Shown piece after piece: positions 50,994 through 63,258 of a stretch of 64,000 bases of DNA. Every line of letters begins with the position of its first letter. Positions within the stretch are counted from its first letter, which is position 1. Source of the DNA: Enoplolaimus lenunculus (lineage: Eukaryota). The notes under the pieces were generated by a model. The model had not been told where the DNA came from. It did no database searches and saw nothing but the letters and a program-made list of their open reading frames with translations. Location of the stretch: assembly GCA_030248215.1 (NCBI GenBank), contig JASANG010004131.1:1-64000 (forward strand). Direction: 5' to 3'. The position numbers and the translations under genes were made by a program.

Positions 50994-51354
50994 CGCATCA
51001 ACCGAATCCAAGCGTGATGTTAGCTGAATGATTTTGTGACGAGTTTGGAAACACTTCGGTAAGACTTAGCGTTTGATAGAGGCAGTCGTGATAAGCTTAC
51101 TGGACGGTTGTGAAAGCAATTATCGACTATATTTGACTGAAGACTGTGCGTAAATCTGACGAAACTATTGAATATTAGGCCGTTGGTTTGAAGCTCTTAT
51201 CCTGGCTGGACAGGACCTTTTCCACCAGATAACTTGTTCCTGATTACCAGTGCACCAGATGGAGCAAATTTGCGGTGTGGTAAACTTCCAGAATGGCCCG
51301 GAATACAATGTTGAGTTGTGGTTAATTGAGTATTATTTTTGGTTATGTTATACA

Positions 51355-51362
51355 TTTATATA
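51355..51362 (-). promoter_or_regulatory. Candidate TATA box for the BH3 gene
   Basis: TATATAAA on the minus strand about 360 nt upstream of the ATG. Downstream of a TSS expected about 30 nt after the box, the roughly 330-nt leader has only one ATG (an ATG-CGA-TGA mini-uORF). Weak evidence in AT-rich DNA. Confidence 0.3.
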
Positions 51363-51685
51363 AGTGCAAATATGCGTAATAGATTTTGCATTTTGTGGCG
51401 GTAATATATAGGTTAATAACCGCTATAATGTAATTGGCAAAATACTGTGAACTGTTTCTGTTGAAACAATATTTTGCATGATACGACAAGCGACAGTCGT
51501 AAATGTCAACACTTTGGTGATGTACTGGTTAAACCAGATATTTTTGTTATGTAAGAGTTCCTTTCAGTTCAACAGTTGATTTCACCTCAACGGTTGGTTT
51601 CGAAACATCTAGTTGGTGAATCTTAGATGACTTCACGCAACGGTATGGTGCGTAATCTGGGTTTTTACAGTTATCCCCCTAGCAG

Positions 51686-52535
51686 ACGTTTGCCGAAAAA
51701 TAGTTGAATTTCAAAAAATTTAGCATATTTGAGCTTCACATGACCTTTTTTGATGATTCCGCGCCCAAATTTAAATTTTTGAATAATTCGATTGGGTTAT
51801 TAGGTCTTGAGGTTCGGGGCTCAGAAAATTGTCAAAGTAGAAAAACATGTATTATTCAAATTAGTTATTTGACCATCATTTCTTAGCCAATGTTCTGGTT
51901 GTAAAAAATATTTAACATCAATCAACTGAGCTTCGCAAATTTCGTCAAACGGTATATAAGTTGTCTTTCTTTTTGACCGAAATGTTTACGAGTAGTAAGG
52001 GTGCGACCTTAAAAAAATTGAATTTTTCAGAAATTCAAATTTGAGCGTGGAATGATCAGGGGAGTTCATGAGAAGCGCTAATATGCCAAAATTTTCAACA
52101 TCTGACCATGTTTGCATCTTTGAGCTTCTCATGACCTCCTCTGATCATTCCACACCCAAATTTTAATTTTTGAAAAACTCAAATTTTAAGGTCTTAAGCT
52201 CTCCTTTTGGGATCCAAAAGAACTTTTTTGTCATAAAGTCGGTCAAATTTTTTCTTATTTGATGCCGCTTGCAGAGCTGAGTTGAATGGTGCTAAATTTT
52301 GAAATTTTACGCAACCAGACGTCTGCGTAATAAGTTGTTGTCAAATAACTGATTTGGCGCTGCCTCAAATGTTTGGCAGCGCGCCAAATCAGTTTCTTGA
52401 TCATAACTATATTAGCCAGACGTCTGATTGCGGAAAATTTAATACTATTAACCTCAGCTCTGCACGCTGCGTCGAATAATGTATAATTTTCGTAACTTTT
52501 TGACAAATTTTTTTTGGGTCCCAAGGGAGACCTTG
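51686..52535. mobile_element. Two tandem copies of the same foldback family
   Basis: About 51686-52115 and 52120-52535 share tgatcattccacac, ctgatttggcg...cgccaaatcag and ctcagctctgcacgctgc with the 49.3-kb element. Confidence 0.75.
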
Positions 52536-55300
52536 AACACCACCACAAAATGTCGCGCCCTTCTGCACAAACAACTATGAAGTCAATGCCAAACTGAAAA
52601 CATTATCTTTAGGAACCCATTTCTATTCAAAATTTGCACCAACGTTGAAATGCGCTGAACCATTGCAGGTAATTTAAATTTCGCTTGCAACAAATTTTCA
52701 TCAATAAAAATTTGAAAGTTAAAAATTGAACCAAATCTTTTTTTTGCCCAATAAAATACGAGAATGCGTCAAAATCATTCTTATAATTTAATACTTGAAA
52801 AAAATTATATCAATAAAACAATTGAAAATTTAGGTCGTTAAATGTGTCAAAAATTCCAATTAAACTCGTTCAACTACTTGTTCTCCGCCCTCCAGATTAA
52901 TAATCTATCCCCTAGTGACACCGGAGTAAAATGACTATCAAGAGTATTATTTTAAAATATTTCAATGTAAATAATAAACTATATTATCATGAATACTAAA
53001 CACGATAATTTGTTAACAATCAAGAATAAACCTACAACATAACCTTACGACAGAGCTTTAATACTCGCTGGAACGAGAGCTTGACTGCTAGTAACAAGCT
53101 GAAAACCATACCAACTAAAATAAACCTTTAAACTTGCAAATAGTTTTCTACAGTGTGCCAAACAGTAATTAATTTAAAAGCTCGCATTAATAATGTTTTG
53201 ATTTCAATTAGTCACTTGTTTAAGCTAATTTAAAATGAAAATCATTTGTAAAATCTATAATTTGAAATGTATAAATATCGTCAAAAATTAATTAAAGCTT
53301 TATTGACTGTTATAGATTGCGGTTGACACGGGATACTGGTGTTTTTTTGGGCAAACCGCGAAGTTTGTTATTTAAAATTAATGGTCAAAGACTACTGGAT
53401 CTTTGAAACACAGAAAAACAGTATAACCACTGAATTCTGGTTCACATTTAAGCATTTTTGTAGGAGGGACGCTATATATTGTAGTGAAAAAAAGTTGACC
53501 TCGAAGTGAGCGAAAAATCAAAGGCAATTTTAATGTAAAATTGTAATACAAAATTTAAGTTTTGATCCATGTTAGGAGAGGTTACATGCGTATCCCTCAA
53601 AAATTCGGCAGCGGTTAGGTTTATATAACATGAAGCCTCGCGTCAGATAAACTGCTGCAGTATCTTGCGTTCAATGTATGACTTGTTTAGCTCGTTGGTA
53701 TGATTTCAGTATATTTGAACGAAATAAATTCAATGAACGCTTTACTAACCATGGCTTATTGGAATTGCCTGATATTATGAATAACGTCAGGATATTAAGC
53801 GTTTGCTTAGGACGTGAATGCAACTTGAAAACGGGTCAAAAGTTAAAAAATAGCATTCCTTTAGCTGCACAAATGTATCCCTTCTAAATATAGTAGGTTT
53901 CGCAAAGCCTAAAAATGTTGTTTGTAAGTTAGCAAGTTGTTGTTTTACGAAAATAAAAACCTTTCAGGGGAAGAAAAAATTTAATATTAATAAATAAATG
54001 TTTGTTCCAGGATAAGTGTCAGGTTGTGATTTGTTCTGTTTGGGGTGGCGAAATTTTGTTCGACCCACAGCTATAAATGAGCGTTATGAATCATTTGCAA
54101 AAAAACAATGTCCGGTTCTTGGTGCCGGATGACACCGTAACAGCCCTTACCATCGTATCTTAGAAAACCTAAAGAAATCAATCGAGTTAGGAATTGAACT
54201 TCATTATTAATGTTAACCGGTTCAAAGGTATTGTTTATATCACAACAAGACTAACCGAAATATAGCGGCCGTGGTACCATCACAAGATATCAGCAACGTA
54301 GAAAGCTGTGGTTTAGACGGCCATCAAATTTTGAAACATCTTAATTTTTGTTACCACTGCTCATTTTTTTGTGACAATGACAGGTGATTATTATTCAAAT
54401 TTGCGCTGTATTTGAAAGCAATTCCTCAGAATTTTCGATTTTTTCCAAAGTTACGCGTTTTCGCTTTTTGCTAGCCGTCTGTTAGGTAAAATAGCATTAT
54501 CTAGCATTTCATGAAGAGTCAGATCTGGTGCAAAACGGCCAAAATATGCGCTATTGTCTACGTTCAACCAAAACAATTTGTAATTAATTTGAGTACATAT
54601 TTGTTCTATGGGCGTAAAAAACTTAAAAACTATTAAAAACACAATAAAAACCAGCAAATAGTAATATATTATAAGTTGCAATTTTGAAACCTTAGTTTTC
54701 GCACCAGAAGCGGTGATTAATATAGCTTGCTGTGGTAGCAATTCTCGTTAGATTAGTATTTTTAAGAGTTTAAAAAGACTAAAAATTAATTCCTGCCATC
54801 TGCTCGTACCTGGTTTCTACTTGATCGAGAATTGCAGTTCAAGCTGTTGTAAAGCTGTTGTAACTGAAGTACAGAGGGCATTACTGCAAGCAAGCTTAAT
54901 GTGACAAACGCTTTTGTTTGAATGTGTCGCGTAAAGCGTTAGAGTTAATTTAGGCTAAAATGTTGCAAACTCGATCAAAGTACCAAATGTCCATGCAACT
55001 ATCCTTTAAGCCTAAGTTTAAGCAAAAAATTAGCGTATAGCTTAAGCTTACTTTACTGGATTCCCGCGGAGAAACGGTATGCTTTTCAAAGTAAGCATGG
55101 GCCACTTTCACCATGTCGAAATTTAACTGTAAAGCAAAAGCCAAAACCAAAGCCTTAATATAAAGCTAAGTTTAGATCAGTTCGAAAATTGGCCTACAAG
55201 AGCCTGATTTTCAACATAATTGTTCACTAAAATTTATTCTGGTACAAAATTGTAAATTTTTGGTTGTGAAAAGCAAACGTTTAATAAAATATGACGTCAT

Positions 55301-55353
55301 AATATATATACTTATATATATATAAAAAAAATATATATATATATATATATATA
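55301..55353. repeat. (TA)n microsatellite
   Basis: Direct read. Confidence 0.9.
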
Positions 55354-55557
55354 CAACAGACCACCTAAGTAAAATTGTAAATTTTAGTGTGAAAACAGTT
55401 AAATTAACACATGATCTATGACTTGGTTCAGGAACGACCACAAAAATTCGGTGCCTTTTACCTGTGCGTAAATTAAATTGACTCGGCCATATTTTGCAGG
55501 ACCGCATCGAGAAGCGAGTGCTCTTATGTCCAATGTCAGATTCAAAAAATTTCGGTG

Positions 55558-55731
55558 AGGCCGGCGACGTGATAAATAATTGTGACAAAAGTTCGTCAGC
55601 AGAGTGAGCATGAAGCCAAACGCAGCTTTAGCAATAAATTTTAACACAAAGTTTTGATTTTAGAGCGGTTTGGCTTCATGCTCACTCTGCTGACGAACTT
55701 TTGTCACAATTATTTATCACGTCGCCGGCCT
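55558..55731. repeat. Perfect 64-bp inverted repeat with a 46-bp spacer
   Basis: 55558-55621 is the exact reverse complement of 55668-55731. Confidence 0.95.
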
Positions 55732-56964
55732 TAGCGTGGTTTGGGAGGGCGAATAGCCCGACGGGTCCCCCCCTTTAAATCCGGATGTGGCTCGGACTAT
55801 CCTTGACATGAAAGTTCTATAAACTAAATTGCTATTTTAAAACAAGCAAATATCGGACAATTTCCAATCTGACTACGCGAGCGCCTATTTTGGGGTTATA
55901 TTAGACAATGTAATCGCTATCTATCTATCTAAATATCATCACATGAAAGCACGTAGACGTTAAGTGTTTTACATCTTTAGAATACATCATGACAACACGT
56001 GTTACAGAAAAACAATAAACCAAGTTAAAATGTGTTTATTTCGTTTCTCCTAAATATTTAAACTAAAAACTGAAAAAATTTTCAAACTTAAATTTTGAAA
56101 AATATCAGGGGCTGGCATAATCTGGCACGAAACGACAAGGCAGTTTGACGCTGCACACAACATGGTTGTGCGGTTAACAGAGGCGTATATATAACGAGAG
56201 GGATAGAGGATATTCATCCCTTCCCGAAATTACTGAAGGGATAAGAAAAACATATTTAGCGAACATAACCTTACGGTTTCTAGAGGTCGCAAAAATTTAA
56301 TATTTTACACCCTCCCGAAACAAAAGACTTGCGCCGCTAGCGGCGGTTAACTACTTTCGTAATGCGATAATATCTTGCGATGAGCCTAGTCGTGTGTGGT
56401 TTGGGATGAATTTTATCAATTTTTAGTTTGAAAAATATTTCAACTCTATTAATAAACATACAAAGTCGTCACCGATGACTAGAACGGTAACTGGCACTCT
56501 TGAACGCGTTGCATTATATTAGTTTTTACGCAGGCAAAATTTTTTTGGCCATTAATTAATCTTTAGAGTAAAAAAATGATTTTGTATTTCAATTGTCAAT
56601 GATGTCGAATCAACACGGGACATAGCGTGTCTCTGCTGCCCCGGTTATAACGTAAACTCCGCATGAGAAAGCATATACAAATTTTGTCACGAAACAGTTG
56701 ACCGCAATTTATACGGTTAAGTTTCCTGAGCAGAAGTCGCTTATTGATTAAAAAACAAATTGCTGGGGTGCAACTTGAGTATGGCTAAAATTGAGCAATA
56801 TTGTGAAAATAAATAGTTTTAGTTTCTTTAAATATAAGGTCATTGCTATTTTCGCTGATCATTTGCAGTGCAACCTTTAATATGGCACAGAAAAGTTGAA
56901 GCAATAAAATCCAGCACTATATTATTTCGGGTCTTTTTGTTTATCTCCCGCAGACAACGTTCGC

Positions 56965-57378
56965 GGAAAAAGTGGTTCGATTTTGAAAATTTTTGCAAAT
57001 TTTGGGATTCTTATGTGATCCAAAAATTAGCGTTTTAAAAGATTTTTAGTAACCTAAGGCCAGGCAATATACATTGTCGAAACGGCTTGCAGGGCTGAGT
57101 TGAATGGTGTTAAATTTTTCGTTATAAGAAAAACAGATCAACAGTTATTATCAAGTGAGTCATTTGGCACCATTCCAAATGGTCGACAGTGCTCCTTAGG
57201 AGGTACATATTCGACCCTAAACTCGTGATACCTTGGTATACTCGCGCGGTAAAAGACAAGTCCATTCGAACCAGCTCCGCAAGCTGCGGTGAGTGATATC
57301 TAACGTTTTGACAAAAATTTTGGAAAGTAATCAGAACCTCAAATATGCAAAACTTTTGTAAAATCGAACCATTTTTGT
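56965..57378. mobile_element. Degenerate copy of the foldback family
   Basis: tggttcgattttgaaaa...ttttgtaaaatcgaacca termini; gctgagttgaatggtg interior. Confidence 0.65.
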
Positions 57379-57463
57379 GAGCAACCGACTTCGGGGGTAA
57401 CCGAAAAGAACCGTCATTTGGATTTCTCAGTTTAACCTTATGCCATTTACGAATAAAGACTCC

Positions 57464-57699
57464 GGCCAATGTAAAGAACACGGGCGGAACAGTATTTATA
57501 AGCATATTCCTAAACCTAAACCTAAGCCTAAACCTAAGCGTAAGAATGAGCATATTCCTAAGCCTACGCCTAAGCCTAAGTCAAAGCTGAAGCCTAAGCC
57601 TAAGCTTAAGCCAAGCAGAAAAATTACTCTAAAGCTTTTTAACTTTACTCTTTTCTAGTCCCACAGAAACACGTTCCGACCTTGATCTTTACATGGGCC
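57464..57699 (-). mobile_element. Merlin-like MITE with TTAGGC core
   Basis: ggccaatgtaaaga...tctttacatgggcc termini; degenerate TSD aagactcc/agaactcc. Confidence 0.8.
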
Positions 57700-58363
57700 A
57701 GAACTCCTATTGATTTGGACCTAAAATAGTGTTCCATCTGATCATCACCTTTCCTGCCTCGGATTCCCGCAATGTCACTAACTCGTCAATAATGCAGGGA
57801 TACGTTTAAAAGCAGTTGTAGAAATAGTCAATGCAATCTAAACAGAATATACAACTCCCGCATATTCATCGTAATTACATTAAAAAAAGTGCAACTTTAG
57901 AAACTGACAACAAAACAGAGCAAAGTGTTTTACATGACGCGACGTGTAGAAGATAGTCACCTGTAACTTCCACGTGCTCATGACCCGCAGCTGCAGTGAG
58001 AAAGGCGGTGGAACGGGTATTCGTCGCCCTACGGACATGTGACGACACACAGGTCATAATTTGTTTACAGCATTGAAAGAGCTGTGTTACAAAAGTTTCC
58101 CTTCTTTACCCTGTAAATCTTGTTGCCCTCGTGTGACATTTCCTCGTTCCGAGACTGCAGTGCACATTGTGCAAACTTTATGCACAGACTGCGATTGGCG
58201 GTAATAGGCGTGTGGTAAAACAGCGTAAAGTATATATTTAGCAACAAATTAGTATTAATTAGAAAAACAGTGATACTGATTGAATAGTGATTTGTGGCAA
58301 GTTGTTGCAGATTCAGAACCATTTGCAGCTTATCATAATGGTTGAAGTGTTGGCGTCACCGCA

Positions 58364-58775
58364 TACTGTAGTGAGCCGAATAAGAGAGGGGTAATTAGGC
58401 GGTCACGTTTTGAATGCAAATCAATAGGAGTCTATATCCCTAATAAGAGTCCAGAGAGTGTTTATAAGTCTCAAATAGAGTTCGTAAAAGAGAGCGAAGC
58501 AGAACAATTTCTTGCACTGTTGAAATATGTAACAGACACCCAGGCAACCTGCAAAAACTTTATTAAATACAGAAAATAGCGGATTTAGCAACAAAATTTT
58601 TTGGAGCAAATTCGTTCGGCGTTCAGTTCAAATGAACGAATGCAAAAAGAGTCAGGTCGAACGGACCATGTGGTGAATTAAATGAAAATAACATTTCGTA
58701 ACCGAGTAACAGGGGGTACATCCTGGAGAGTCAAAATAAATATCTGTCCTCTCTATTGTTCGGGCTGCTGCCGTA
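58364..58775 (-). mobile_element. Tc2-like MITE family C, degenerate, with replaced interior
   Basis: tactgtagtgagccgaataagag left end and ttcgggctgctgccgta right end. Another degenerate minus copy lies at about 3300-3710. Confidence 0.6.
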
Positions 58776-59197
58776 TCGTTTAAAATGAATAATTTCTGAA
58801 TCATAAAATTTGCTGTGATAAGGGACAGCTCCCAATATTTTATAATATGTAGTGCTATAATTGAAAATTTGCAAATTCGATAGCACAATTGATGCAGGTA
58901 AAGTTTCATGTGTGGTTTAGGTTGAGGCTTCGGGTTTTTTTATAAAATTTATGCTGTTTCAGGTACATTTTTGTACCAGATTTGAAGTATGACGAGAAAA
59001 TATAATATGAAATTGTAAAATATCTAAGTTTTTAACCATAGTAACTGTGAAACGGTTAGTTTCGCTGAAAACGGAAATAACCTTGTCTGTCTGAAGGGCA
59101 TCATGATACAAGCAAGCCATACGTCGGGTACATCATTCACGGTAATGGGTATCCATTATCGCTTGCTGAATTTTTGTTCCACATTATATACTCCGAT

Positions 59198-59387
59198 GGT
59201 CCATGTACAGAACAGGACCGGATCGCTTTCCGGAGGGGCTGTAATAGAGTCAGTTTAAGTTCTAGACTAAATTTTTTGCTTAGGCTTACGCTTAGGCTCA
59301 AGATTATGCTAGACTTAGGCTTAGGCTTAGGTTTAGGCTTAGGAATATGCTTATATTACTGTGCCGTCCCTGTTCTATACATGGGTC
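59198..59387 (+). mobile_element. Merlin-like MITE with TTAGGC core
   Basis: TIR ggtccatgtacagaacagg / cctgttctatacatgggtc; TSD actccgat/actccgtt (7/8). Confidence 0.8.
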
Positions 59388-59614
59388 ACTCCGTTTATGG
59401 TGGTAGATAAAAAGACTTTTCAAAGGCAGGTTTAAGTACTTGAATAAAGTAATAATTTTATTTGTTTGTTCAGCGTTTTGTCAATTTGAGAGTTTGTTGT
59501 ATAATATAATCAGGATCGTAAACGCAAGCCGGTACAATTAGTGCCGCAAAAAATAGTAAATATACTCCAGTTTAGAGCTATGTTTTAACCTCTCTGGTTA
59601 AGAAAAGTTTGACA

Positions 59615-60184
59615 TAGAGTCAACTTAAGCTTTATACTAACTTTTTTGCTTCGGCTTAGGCTCAAGAGCAGGCTCTTCCTTACGCTTTGGCTTAGGCTTA
59701 GGCTTAGGAGCAGGCTCTTCCTTACGCTTTGGCTTAGGCTTAGGCTTAGGCTTAGGCTCTTCCTTACACTTTGGGTTAGGCTTAGGCTTAGGAGCAGGCT
59801 CTTCCTTACGCTTTGGCTTAGGCTTAGGCTTAGGAGCAGGCTCTTTCTTACGCTTTGGCTTAGGCTTAGGCTTAGGAGCAGGCTCTTTCTTACGCTTTGG
59901 CTTAGGCTTAGGCTTAGGAGCAGGCTCTTCCTTACGCTTTGGCTTAGGCTTAGGAGCAGGTTCTTCCTTACGCTTTGGCTTAGGCTTAGGCTAGGAGCAG
60001 GCTCTTCCTTACGCTTTGGCTTAGGCTTAGGCTTAGGCTTAGGCTTAGGACCAGGCTCTTCCTTACGCTTTGGCTTAGGCTTAGGCTTAGGGTTAGGAGC
60101 AGGCTCTTCCTTACGCTTTGGCTTAGGCTTGCGCTTAGGGATATGCTCGTACTAGTGTTCCGGCCCTGTTGTTATACGTGGGCC
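59615..60184 (+). mobile_element. TTAGGC-core MITE with an internal ~42-bp tandem expansion (GGAGCAGGCTCTTCCTTACGCTTTGG(CTTAGG)n)
   Basis: About 12 near-identical units at 59645-60137. Right end ...gttatacgtgggcc matches the family terminus; the left terminus is not evident. Confidence 0.85.
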
Positions 60185-60653
60185 AAAACTTTCATATCCG
60201 GACAAATTCAACTGTGACACTAATTTGTTAAACTAGAGATAGGTACTAAACACACTTGAAAACATATTTATTAGACCTTAACATTCAGGTTTGCTTTAGC
60301 TTTAAGTTTAGGTTATTGTTCAGCTACACGCAGTTTCGCACTTTTCGCATGGCGTTAGGGCCATGGAAGCTCAGCCTCCCATGAAGAATTTTGGCCCCCT
60401 CAGAAACTTTTAAACCTTGTTTGTAAATTGTCGGAAACCATTGTATGCCCTTCCTGTAAATTTATTCAACCCAATAGCAATATTGATTAAAATTAAACCG
60501 TGGGAATATATTTAAAATTTCATATAGTTGAAAAATTTGTCAAAGTTTGGAAATCATAATTCTCTGTTAATTTTTGATGATTTCAGACAAAAATTCAGCT
60601 AATTTAAAACTATTCTGTATCTATATTTAATTTTCTAATATCTTTGAATTTTT

Positions 60654-60860
60654 GGCCTGAGTAATAATCAGGGGCGGAAGTTTTTCTATGAGAATAGAAT
60701 ACAGTAAGCTTAAGCTTTAGAATAATTTTTTTTCTTTGGCTTAGGCTTAGGCTTAGGCTTAGGCTTGGGAATAAACTCATGCTTTTACGTCTAGGCTTAG
60801 GCTTACACTTAGGGATAAGCTTATAATACTGTTCCACCCCTGTTCTTTTTTACACTGGCT
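60654..60860 (+). mobile_element. TTAGGC-core MITE, degenerate
   Basis: Core agtaagcttaagctttaga...ttaggc repeats...ttataatactgttcc. Further degenerate copies at about 12270-12450, 37300-37460, 48303-48432 and 54985-55102. Confidence 0.7.
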
Positions 60861-61514
60861 GAATTTTTCAACAGTTCAGTACAACTTCGCAAGTTGATAA
60901 CCCAATTTTTAAGTTATGGTTAATTCGAACATATCGTCCATACGCTTTTTTTGAAATTCTACCAGTTGGTGTAAAAAATGAGCTTCAAAACACGAAATTT
61001 GGTGTTGCCGTTTTAAACGACATTAACTGAACCGTGGGAAAATGTTTTGTCGAAATTTGTTAATATTTTCAAGATTAAACATTTCTTTGCATCGCCGAGT
61101 TTCATAATTTTAGCAAAAAAAATTTAGCCAATTTTGACACTCTTACCATTTTCTGTATTTATTTAATTTATTGACAATTGAAACATGTAAATTATTTCGA
61201 GTTCAAAATTAACGCCATCAAGTTGTGAACATCGCTTAGGGACTTTTTCAAACAGCATCAGTTGAATTTTCAATTTTTATCGCATTGATTTCCTCGTGGG
61301 AAAATTCTATTCAATTCTAAAATCATGTGGGAAAGTTTTTTGCAATTCTAACATCTTTTAAACCACCTATGAAATCAGCAAGAAAAATGTTTACAATTCA
61401 TGATATATTTCATTGATTTCAAAACATTCATGGTTCTTCTCTGCTGTATGGTTGATGTGGCAATAGGTACCTTAATCAAACATTTCAAGCATCAGCCATA
61501 TGGTTAAAATTTTC

Positions 61515-61767
61515 GGCCCATATAAAGATCAGGGACGGAACGTTTTTCTGTGGGACTGGAATAGACTTAGCTTAAGTTTTAGACTAATTTTTTGCTTGGC
61601 TTAGGCTTAGGCTTACGATTAGGTTTAGGAATATGCTTGTTCTTACGCTTAGGCTTAGGCTTAGGCTTAGGAATATGCTCATTATTACGCTTAGGCTTAG
61701 GTTGACTTAGGCTTAAGCTTAAGAATATGCTTATAACACTGTTCCGCCTCTGTTCTTTAGATTGGCC
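61515..61767 (+). mobile_element. Merlin-like MITE with TTAGGC core
   Basis: ggcccatataaaga...tctttagattggcc termini; reverse-complement similarity to 57464-57699. Confidence 0.8.
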
Positions 61768-62383
61768 CAATCTTCAATCAGTATGTTATGCTTAATCTAC
61801 TGTTATGCCCCTTAAAGTACCACGGGCCCGTAATCTTATAAATTTTCAGCAAATCTTTTCAAAGTAGTCGTTTCACTCGCTCAATTTTACATAAGAATTA
61901 GTTTTATTTTTTACTAATTTTTCTTGTTAGTTTTAAAAATAGTAATTTGCAACTGAAATTGTTTCGCTAACATTGTATAGTTTGCGCAAGTTGCTTATAT
62001 ATAAGCGTCATAACGAACGTGATTAGCAACCAACGTCTGTTGCTCACCAACTTAAAACAATAAAGAACGCCGAATACGAAGCCGGTTTAGCAGCTTGCCT
62101 GAAGTACCAGCAATAACCAGACCAGGTCATAGGTTATCTCTGAAATTCAGGTTTCGTACCCTGTAAATTGAAATAGGTCTATCATTAATCATAGTACTAT
62201 TTGAATCGAAACCGCTATTCGTTGTAGTATTGTTGACAAATGACACCTAGACCTAGTTAAAGAATGGAGACCACGATTTTGCGGTATATTAACAGAACTA
62301 TTTTACTTCTAATTTATTTTGTTGTCTGTCAGCTGTGGCATGATACACTCCCCCAGAAATTTCCAAGTTTTCATATTCTGGCA

Positions 62384-62747
62384 TATTATAATGGTCCGAA
62401 TAAAAGGGAAGAGGACTGATACTTATTTGACCTCTCAAGACGCCCCCCCTGTTATTCGGTTACGGTTACGGACTGCTATTTTTTTTAACTCATGCCCTGG
62501 TACCCTTTGTTGTTGATATATATCCGGCACTATCCGTTGAATTAAACGTTTAATAGTCTTGTATCAAAAGTTTGAGCGATAATGCAATAGTTGTACTTTG
62601 GAATGTTGTTTCAAAACTTAAGTATGCTTTAAAGTTGCGAACTCAACTTTATTTGATTAGGTACTTTATCCGTTTTACGGACTCCTATTCATTGATACTC
62701 AAAATGGAGACCCCTCTTATTACCACGCTGTTCGGGTCAGTGCAGTA
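62384..62747 (+). mobile_element. Tc2-like MITE family C, internally deleted
   Basis: Shared interior (gttattcggttacgg...gttgaattaaacg...) and degenerate TIRs. Confidence 0.75.
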
Positions 62748-62919
62748 ACTTAGAGTCAGGCTTTTGGATAAGCCTTAGGCTTAGGCACGCACTCTAATCG
62801 CGCTGGAGAGAGTGTACAAGAACTTTCCTTTTCAACCACCAAAAATTTAACTGGATTCGTCCAACATCAGTTGGCGTTTGGATGGCCTGGCAACCAATTG
62901 AACCAAATATATTTAAGAC

Positions 62920-63085
62920 CAGGCCCGTAGCCAGCTCGCCTTGCTGATAGGGATAAATATATTTAGGAGGGGCATACATGGGTTTTCGTTGACTTAAAAG
63001 CAAAGTTTGAAAAATTTTGGGGGGCCAAAACTTTTCGGGCTGGGCGGGCGCTAAATCCTCCCTAGCTTCCTATTGCTACCGGCAC
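62920..63085. mobile_element. hAT-like MITE family B
   Basis: caggcccgtagccagctcgccttgc...; degenerate right end. More partial copies at about 35683, 45715, 48945 and 60350. Confidence 0.7.
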
Positions 63086-63258
63086 ACTGAAGACACGGAA
63101 TATATGTAACATCCGGTGCGCTACTTGAACCAATTAAAGTTTTAATTTGGTGTTGCCAAGAAAGAGACAAGTCTGTTGAATGTATTTGCTGAGTTGCCGT
63201 AAAACACTGGCCGATGAAGCGTGCCAAAAGCCGAACGCAATTTTAGTACGAAAATCAT

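Noticed and set aside
50994..51011. ORF-track start MDSVDA for the BH3 protein
   Set aside because: Codon is TTG; the first in-frame ATG is at 50993.
59646..60155. 169-aa LRLR ORF and other LRLR/KPKP/LGLG ORFs (57122, 57440, 60610, 61579, 63142)
   Set aside because: Products of TTAGGC repeats in MITEs.
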